Source of the DNA: Eledone cirrhosa
Lineage: Eukaryota
Direction of reading: 5' to 3'
Length of the DNA stretch: 64,000 bases
NCBI GenBank assembly: GCA_964016885.1
Contig: OZ024741.1
Coordinates: forward strand, 391,096,001 to 391,160,000
Shown here: positions 55,673-64,000 of the stretch, piece after piece
Numbering within the stretch: the first letter of the stretch is position 1
How the letters are laid out: each line of letters starts with the position of its first letter
Translations under genes and position numbers: made by a program
Notes under the pieces: generated by a model
Seen by the model: the letters and a program-made list of their open reading frames with translations, nothing else
Database searches by the model: none
Told to the model about the DNA's origin: nothing

Positions 55673-55708
55673 TCTTAACGTTTCGGACGCTAGTCCTTCA
55701 CCAGAAGA
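55673..55708 (-). ncRNA. Penelope-type minimal hammerhead with A6G change
   Basis: Minus strand tctt-CTGGTGA-aGGAC tagc GTCC-GAAA-CG-TT-aaga. Confidence 0.65.
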
Positions 55709-56350
55709 TAAACACACACACATATATATATATTATTTGTCTAAGCAGAAAGTACCTGATTTAGGAGTTGCAGAAACCCAAATGCTGGATTTTACCAACC
55801 TTTCAGGGGTCCGGGTATAATTTTCAATCATATTTTATTTGTTTGACCCGAATTACTTGGTCGTTTCTATGGCTGTGCGGATAATGGATTAACCATCGTC
55901 TCAATGTGTTTGGCCTTTTAACTTATCTTGTAGCTCTAGTTCACTAGCTTCTATGGAGCGCTTGCCACACATCTCAGAAGTTGTTTTTCGCTAATTTCCA
56001 ATAGCCGAAATACGATTCTCGCTAATTTATATGTGTATTAATCTCCAGAGTCTAGAAATTGACCAGTTAATCTTCTTGATTTTTTTAGTTAGTTCTATTG
56101 ACTGATGAATAGCTTTTGTTAATTTTAAAACCATTCTGCTGAGAACTTAAATTCGTTTTGTGATATTTTGCAATTTGCAATAATAACACACATACTGAAT
56201 TCATCCGCCAAATATCTGAGTAATATGTTAGTACTTCTAATGTACAAACCATATTATATCATTGAGTCACGACCGGAGCTGAACCAATTCTCTTCGACTA
56301 GCTTCGTATAGCAATATTTATATATATATATATATATACATGTATATACA

Positions 56351-56380
<30 letters not shown>

Positions 56381-56384
<4 letters not shown>

Positions 56385-58204
56385 AAAGAATAGAGGTGTA
56401 AGACACGAGTTATGATATATTGGTAAAAGGAAAAGAAAATGGTGACAAATTGTTCCCAGTGAAAAATAGTTTAATTAGGAATAAGTAAAAATTAGTAATA
56501 GTATTGGTTAGTATTCAGTTTTGGTTTTAAGTTTTACCGGTTGCGTATTTCTAATGCTTTTCAAAAATAATTTTGAGATAGAGCGCCCGTGATGTTTGCT
56601 CTAATCTGATTAGTTTTGGAAATTCTACCTGTTTTATGTAAAAAAAAGTGGCTCCAGATGTATGAAAAAATTATTGTGGTCAAAACAATTTTGATTGGTC
56701 GGTAGAGGTCATGTGAATGTTAAAAATTGATTTTCCGCCAAATGTAGGTTTGTCTCGGCTGATTGAGAAGTCACTGAAAAATAAGTCTTTCAAGACAAAT
56801 ATGTGTGTGTGTGTGTGTGTGTAGTAGTAGTAAAGAGGTTCGTTGTTGTGATAATGGTCAGCAGGGATGTGTGTGCGAACCGCAGCCTGCTGACAGTTCA
56901 AATGCCTATTAAGACAAGTGTGTGTGTGTGTGTGTGTGTGTAGCAGAGTAATTCGTGGTAGAGGGATCGGTCAGTAGGAATGTGTCTGTACGTGTGTGGG
57001 AGATATTTTAACATGTTAAAAGATATTTTTCAGCTCTTGTCTTATACGGAGAAGTGTGTGTGTGTGTGTGTATATGTCTCTTTGTATGTTAATGTACGCG
57101 TGTGTATGTGTGTATGTATATATATGTGTGTATGTGTGTGAGAGAATGTGTGTGTGTGTGTGTGTGGGTGGACCAGTATTTTTGTGATACTGGTGAAAAT
57201 GGTGTACATTATTCGATATTTTCAGTAAAAACGATTCTCTCAATAGAACATCAAAAACCTTAATAATAAAAGGTGTGAAATGATATATAGTATTGGCATA
57301 ATACCAAGGTGTGTGTGAGTGTCCAGATTGTACATACTGCAAGGGGAATCCATTAGGCCTTGCCGTATTGGAATACTTGTGTACAAATATGTATGTGCCC
57401 ATCAGTGTGAAATGCATGTGTGCGTATATGTATGTGTGTGTGTCGGCACGTTTATATCTATAGACATCAAAAGGTATGCAAATATGTGTGTATATTTGTG
57501 TTGCACCATAGAACATGAGTGTTTACGTATGTCATTGTGTTTATATGTGGATAGAGATGTATGTAAGATGTATGCTGATGTAGGTATGTATGTTGACGTG
57601 TGTATGTTGTGGGTTCGTCTTAGGGAGAAGTGTTTAGACGGGGTCCGTATTTGTTAATAAAGTGAGATTCCTTGCTGATGCGCTGGGTGTGGGTGGCATT
57701 ATCTTTAAATTTGTAGAGGGGAAAGATTCTGAAGTTGGGATGATTTTGGGCGGCACAGGTATCAATGTGTTCACTCAGTGGTATTTGCCTCTTTACTACT
57801 ACTACTACTACTACACACACACACACATATTTGTCTTGAAAGACTTATTTTTCAGTGACTTCTCAATCAGTCGAGACAAACCTACATTTGGCGCAAAATC
57901 AATTTTTAACATTCACATAACCTCTACTGACCAATTAAAATTGTTTTGACCACAATAATTTTTTCATACATCTGGAGCCACGTTTTTTACATAAAACAGG
58001 TAGAATTTCCAAAACTAATCAGATTAGAGCAAACATCACGGGCGCTCTATCTCAAAATTATTTTTGAAAAGCATTAGAAATGCGCAACCGGTAAAATTTA
58101 AAACCAAAACTGAATACTAACCAATACTATTACTAATTTTTACTTATTCCTAATTAAACTATTTTTCACTGGGAACAATTTGTCAGCATTTTCTTTTCCT
58201 TTTA

Positions 58205-58211
<7 letters not shown>
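56381..58211 (-). mobile_element. Truncated Neptune-like PLE: EN C-terminus (57620-57790), 3' UTR, about 424-bp inverted repeats (56415-56838 / 57788-58211), short tail
   Basis: RQIPLSEHIDTC..NFRIFPLYK..QRISKESHFINKYGPRLN is homologous to the C-terminus of ORF 2-2278. Confidence 0.88.
58060..58097 (+). ncRNA. U3-A8 hammerhead variant (mirror at 56531-56568), with A13C change
   Basis: attt-TTGAAAA-GCAT tagaa ATGC-GCAA-CCGG-TA-aaat. Confidence 0.55.
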
Positions 58212-58275
<64 letters not shown>

Positions 58276-58946
58276 ATATATGTACATATATATATATACA
58301 TATATATACATGTATATATATGTACATATATATATATACATGTATATATATATGTACATATATATATACATATATATACATGTATATATATGTACATATA
58401 TATATACATATATATACATGTATATATATGTACATATATATATACATATATATACATGTATATATATGTACACATATATATACCTGTATATTTGTTTCTG
58501 TGTGTGTGCACGCGCGCACGCACATATGTGTCTGTATTGGTTCACCTTGTCAGTGAAATTTATTAAATGTGATATCTATTATGTTATCTAGATGACAGCA
58601 GATCCTTTAGTAGCTAATTAGTTCAATTCAGAAAACCGAGAAGTATGCCATCTTGTTTGTGGCTGGAGTTACTTATAACAAATGTCATTCTCGACATTTC
58701 ACTCTTCACACATTCAAAATATTCAAAAAATTACTACTGTCTGATCAAGGCAGAGAAGTGGGAATGTCGTTATGTGTTCTGGTTCTCTATGATCTGAGTT
58801 CGAATCCCGTCGAGGTCAAACTTGCCGTTCCACTTTCTGAGATCGGTAAATAATGTATCAATTCTTCTCTCCTCTCCCACTCTCTCTGTCTGTCTGTCTC
58901 TCTCTCTCTCTCTGGAAGAAATCTACTGGGTCTGGGTTTAAATGTC

Positions 58947-59007
<61 letters not shown>

Positions 59008-59289
59008 TTATCAGAGTGTTGTTGTTTGCTTGAAGCATTGTTGAATAGGGAACATAAATTTAAATAATTTTGAAAACCACACAATGCATTAGAAAATTAA
59101 AATTGCCAAGATAACAACAGAATCTTACCGTAGCAAATTTAATAGTCCCAAATATTTTCGGGTTTAAAAACCCATTATTAAAGGAGTAGCCCTGTTGGTT
59201 TTCACTTCAATTCATAAATTCTCGGCTGGCTGGTTGGTTCGATAACCGGAAGGTTATTTATATATTGTCAAAGCTCTTTCGTCACACAT

Positions 59290-60940
59290 TCTGTGACCTC
59301 AGTGACTAGTTTTTTTTATTTTGTGTGTCTCTCCTTTGTTATGTCCTGTTTTGTGTTGTGTGCTTAGTTTGCGCATGCTTTACATCCATGTGTTTGTGTG
59401 TGTTTTTATTAGTTTATTAATGCGTTTATTTATTTGTCACTAGTTGGTTGTTTGTTCTATCTGTGTGTCTGGTTTGTTTTGTTAGTTTGGTTTTTGTGTG
59501 TGCCTGTATGTCTTCATTTTGTCCTTAATTACTAGTTGTGATGTTGTTATTCCACTTGTTGTTTTCTGTTGGAGTTCGTTTATATTTGTTGCCTCCGTGA
59601 TTTGCCTGAGCATTGCATCTTTTCTGTGTGTGAATATAATTTTTATCTCTGTTCTCTCATCATCATCATCATCCGGCGGCATCAGCCGAAATCGACTCAA
59701 CAATTGATCGGAGTATGAACTTCAGTGTATACTTCGAAGGATTGCCGCAGCTCCCGGCGACCGCAGCGCAGTATTGCGAAAAGCCGATAACAGCAGGTGA
59801 AATACGGGAAGTGATGTCTGACTGCACGAGGGGTAAATCGCCAGGTTTGGATGGTCTGCCCTTCGAGCTTTATGCGTACATGCTAGACTTGTTCGGCGAC
59901 CTCTTGGCAGATGTCAACTGCAACTGGCAGCAGAACGGGAGCATTCCCAGTTTTATGAGCCGGGGAGCGGTGGCGCTGTTGAGAAAAGACCCGAACAAAG
60001 GGGACGTTATAGACAACTTCAGGCCCATAACTCTGTTAAAGACAGATTTCAAGATTTTGGCCAAGGTGTTAGCAACGAGACTGGCGCTTGTCGCTGGTAA
60101 TCTGGTAGGAGAGGCGCAGACATGCACCATTCCAGACAGATCCATCCACGACAACCTCCACCTCATGGGATAAATCATAGAAAGAGTGGTTAAGGAACCT
60201 GGCAGTGCTACCGAGGAGCTTTGCCAGTTCGGGATAAACTCTACAGGCATGGAGGTGCCGTCGCCGGGCATGTCCGAAATGCGCGCAGGGTGACGAAACC
60301 GTCCTGCATGCTCTCGTCCAGTGTCCGAGCATTTCTGACTTGTGGGTTTATGTCGAACACCTGCTGTCGCGTGTAGAACGGATCCGGCTATCAGCTGAGT
60401 CCATCGTGAGGATTGCCCCGCCCTCTTCCTTTAGCCGGGAAGGGCAGGCAGTTTTTATCTGTCTGGTGGCCATGGCGAAAGAGATAGTATGGTGGACACG
60501 TTTGAAAGGGCTGAAGACTAGCACTTACCTCTTCGGTGATGCCCTGACTAACTTCTTCAAATTTCATTTGAAAAGGAAAATCAGGGTAGAGAGGGAAGTG
60601 CTCTCTTCCCAGCATTTTGTTGAAAGATGGGTGAGAGAGGCAGGAATGGCCCGAGTGAATGGACCTACTCTGAGGATATGCCTGTAAATTGAAGGTGGAA
60701 AACTGGGAGGGGGCACTTTCCCCGGTAGTCAAGGTCACTGTGGCTTTTTTAATGGGCTTTCTCCACGAATGTCCCTCGGAAGTCTCCCCCTCCCCCCTAT
60801 TGGAGAATTTTTCAATGTTTGTTTTTTGTTACATCCTCTCTTTTTTTTTACACGCAGAAATGCCCATTTGTACCGTCCTGTATTGTCCTGTACTGTCCTT
60901 CATGTCTACTTTGTATAAACCCTTGTGGTGAATAAAGAAA
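59290..60940 (+). mobile_element. Rearranged L1/Tx1-like LINE: inverted ORF1-like piece, RT N-part (59715-60200), deletion, zinc-binding C-terminus (to 60687), AATAAA, (ATT)n
   Basis: GKSPGLDGLP, NFRPITLL.TDFKILAK; C-terminus homologous to 7870-8381. Confidence 0.85.
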
Positions 60941-61172
60941 GCATTATTATTATTATTATTGAGTCTGAACGGACGTCTTTTTGCTCGCTCCCGTAAGTTC
61001 ACTTATTTACCTATCAAAACTGATTTTTTGAATTTTTGTTGCTGTGTAAGGCATACAAGCCCTTGGAATTTGCCCTGTGAAGGGGGAAAGAATAATATTT
61101 GGGCCTTTTGGCCCAAATATTTGAACTTTTTTGCATTTTAAAAATTTACGAAGAAAAAAAACAAAAAAAAAC

Positions 61173-63146
61173 ATGGCTGAGCCACGCCCTCCAGCAATAT
61201 GTTGGCTGTCGTGCGACAACGACGTAGAAGTTGAGAGGAGCGCTACAGCGAAATTAACACAAATTGATAACACAAACACCACCACAAACAATGTAAACAA
61301 AGACACCAATAATACCAATAAGAACTCTAATTTTGAAAAAAATGACAGTAACAGTGACAACGAAAATACAGATTACAAAAAAATATGACAAATGCAACAA
61401 CAATATCAACACCACTAACATGAAAACAAATAGCGACAATACCAACAGCAACAATACCAACTGCACCGAGAACAACGGTGGCAACAAAGACAACAATGAT
61501 AACAGCGACAGTGATAACAACAACACCAACAAGAACAACGACAACGACAACAACACCCCCAACGAAAACAAGAAGAACACTTTCGCTGCGGCAGCAGCAA
61601 AAAAGAGGCCATGCTTTAACATGGACCGCTCAAACAAAGATGAAAAGTTGACCCAGGCATGGAAGCTCATCAAGCAAGAGCAAATCTGGGCCAACTTAAC
61701 TGTCCCGGTAGAAGCCATTGGGGCAGTGGAGCGCAGAACGGTGCATTATAGATGCATCTCAGCACAAACCAAAAGGGCAGCTTTAATCCCACAAGCAGAT
61801 GTCGAAGTCGCGCTGAGGTGCATCAGAGAAGACACCGAATACATAGCGTGGGGAAGACAGTACGGCACCATTTCGGTGTTGTTCAAGTCAGAAGCCCTCG
61901 CTATGAAACACGCTAAGACTCCTTGCAAAACCAGCAAGATCATAATGTACCCCTCCCACATGGGAAAAAGAACGGCCCGTCTTCGCATTCCCAGAATCCC
62001 ACCAGGACTTGACATGTGGTGGCTTCTGGGATGTGTGATTGTGGAGGGGACGGATACCGTCCCTATAGAAGTGACCAGAACGGCCAGAGAGGACTGGTCC
62101 GGGGTTGACCTGGAGATTCTTCTCCAGATCAGGCTCGAGAATGTGAAGACAATCCCGGACCACACCCGCCTTCAGAATGGGACGGTCATTCACATTATGA
62201 CCGAAGCTAAAGGGCCGCATTGTTTTGTTTGTGGGGAAAAAACCCATTTGCGAGCCTTCTGCCCTCAACTGCTGAAAGAGGCAAGGGGTCGAAAGGCTCC
62301 ACTGCTGCCGACGCCGGGGCGAGGACCACAACCAACACCAGCACCGGCAAAACCACCAACAACAACACCAATAGAAAGACCACCACCAACATTGACCACC
62401 CAGTGGGGAAACGAGGAAAGCTGTCAAATTACCCCTCCACCCAAAAATACACACACCAATAAAACGACAAACATACACACAGACACACTTACAGACACAG
62501 ACCCCTCATCTACCAGTAGTGAAGATGAGGGAAAACCAAAATACAAAAAAGGAAACAAAAAGAAAAAAAAAAAACTCAACAAAGCACAAAATCACCCACA
62601 ATAAAAAACGCAGACACCACCCACGCAAACATCTCTCCAATAACACCAACATCAACACCACCATCACCATCACCAGAATCCCCCAAACGCAAACAACCGA
62701 AACAGACGCAAGAACAAATATACACACAAACATCTGAAACCAAAGACACCGCACTCACAACAAACACAGTCACAACCGAAACAACACCACCAAAACCATC
62801 ACCACCACAGCCACGAAAACAAATAAAATCACACCAACAAAACATACAAAACTTCGTGCTCGTCAGGAGGGCCAACAAGGAACTGATGGCCCTCGTAGCA
62901 CGAAGTGAAAATATACAAAAAGAGGGGGAAATTTTTAAATCGAGCACATTTCGCGTGCCGGAAGATTTGGTTCTGGTGCGAATGTCGCTCGATTTATGCA
63001 AAGAAATACGAGACACCTTTCCTCGGGACGTGGGAACCCCGAACGTAAAACCCACTTCAAGACTTTTAAAGGAGTTCCCAAAAGAAACCCCACCAACTAT
63101 GGAGGTCGAACCACCCGACCTTCACAAGAGCCCGGAAGGTAAGTAA
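61173..63146 (+). pseudogene. L1/Tx1-like ORF1 (Asn-rich N-terminus, CCHC knuckle), frameshifted
   Basis: ATG at 61173; CFVCGEKTHLRAFC; frame changes near 61380 and 62600. Confidence 0.8.
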
Positions 63147-63178
63147 ACCTTTCCTCTCTCTCTTTTTAACCTGCCAAC

Positions 63179-64000
63179 ATGGCCGTATTAAGAGTAGGAT
63201 GTTTAAATGTTCGAGGCCTGGGATCGTCCTGGAAGCAGGGTCACCTGCTCAACGACCTCAGGTCTCTAGAAATGGATGTAATTGCCGTCAGCAAGATCAG
63301 GATTTCCGACACACGCGCACTAACCCCCATTTTCGACGACTATCAGATTTTTGCATCTGTTAGCCGGCCGGGAATGGGAGGCGGGGTGGCAGTGCTGTTT
63401 AGGAAAGGCCTGGATCTCGAGGTAAGGTCGATCTTTCGGGACCCGGACGGGAAGTTGGTGGTCCTGGACGTGAACAATAACGAAGGTGGTGTCTTTAGAC
63501 TGGTGGCCGTCTATGCTCCTACTGGGGAAGGACGGCCGGACTTCTTTAGACGCCTGGAAGCCTTTCTGGGTACGTCTCGCTCTTTACTGTTAGTGGGGAA
63601 CTGGAACAGCATCTTAAACGCACGCTGGGACTGTGTGGGAGTATCCGATAGGAGCGGGGGGTACAAAAGCCTCAAGTACCTGATCAGCCAGTTCCAACTG
63701 TCTGACAGGTACCGACTAGATTTCCCTAATGCGCCAGTGTGGACCTGGACTAACCGCATAGGGTCATCTAGATCGTATATAGACAGGATATTCATTAGGA
63801 AAATAGACAGAAATAGTGTAAGCTGTCCACGTTTTGAAACGGTCGCCTATTCAGATCACAAGTTTGTGATCTGTATGGTCGACCTAGATAAGACGCGTAG
63901 GTTAGGACCTGGTTACTGGAAGCTAAACATGTCATTTCCGGCACGTAAGGCTTACAGGGACCAGGTCAACAATTTAGTTAAGAAAAAGTTGACAGGGGGA
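63179..64000 (+). CDS. L1/Tx1-like ORF2 APE endonuclease, runs off the window (absent from the ORF track)
   Basis: Manual translation MAVLRVGCLNVRGL..GGGVAVL..VYAP..GNWN..SYIDRIF..SDHK. Confidence 0.88.
   Translation, partial: MAVLRVGCLNVRGLGSSWKQGHLLNDLRSLEMDVIAVSKIRISDTRALTPIFDDYQIFASVSRPGMGGGVAVLFRKGLDLEVRSIFRDPDGKLVVLDVNNNEGGVFRLVAVYAPTGEGRPDFFRRLEAFLGTSRSLLLVGNWNSILNARWDCVGVSDRSGGYKSLKYLISQFQLSDRYRLDFPNAPVWTWTNRIGSSRSYIDRIFIRKIDRNSVSCPRFETVAYSDHKFVICMVDLDKTRRLGPGYWKLNMSFPARKAYRDQVNNLVKKKLTGG

Overview
AT-rich, microsatellite-dense eukaryotic (animal) non-genic DNA. I see no supportable host gene. The SINE types look like those I recall from octopus/coleoid cephalopods, but this is unverified. 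The window is almost entirely transposon-derived. It holds an intact Penelope-like element (PLE; RT + GIY-YIG, Neptune-like) at the left edge, several decayed PLEs (Nematis-like and Neptune-like), RTE, CR1/L2-group, L1/Tx1-like and R4/Dong-like LINEs, hAT and Helitron remnants, and many tRNA-derived SINEs. The main structure missed by the ORF track is about 20 minimal type-I hammerhead ribozyme (HHR) motifs on both strands. Most sit in short, ORF-less fold-back (inverted-repeat) elements inserted in (TA)n. One of these is a 223-bp/223-bp palindrome with no mismatches that I could find. Three further patterns stand out. (i) A recurring compensated core variant UUGANAA (U3-A8) replaces CUGANGA, including in both Neptune-like PLEs. 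(ii) A GAGTGCT/GAGTACT motif is shared by the tails of otherwise unrelated families. (iii) Inversion breakpoints cluster inside the ribozyme stem II. All folds and coordinates were derived by eye; ribozyme activity is untested.
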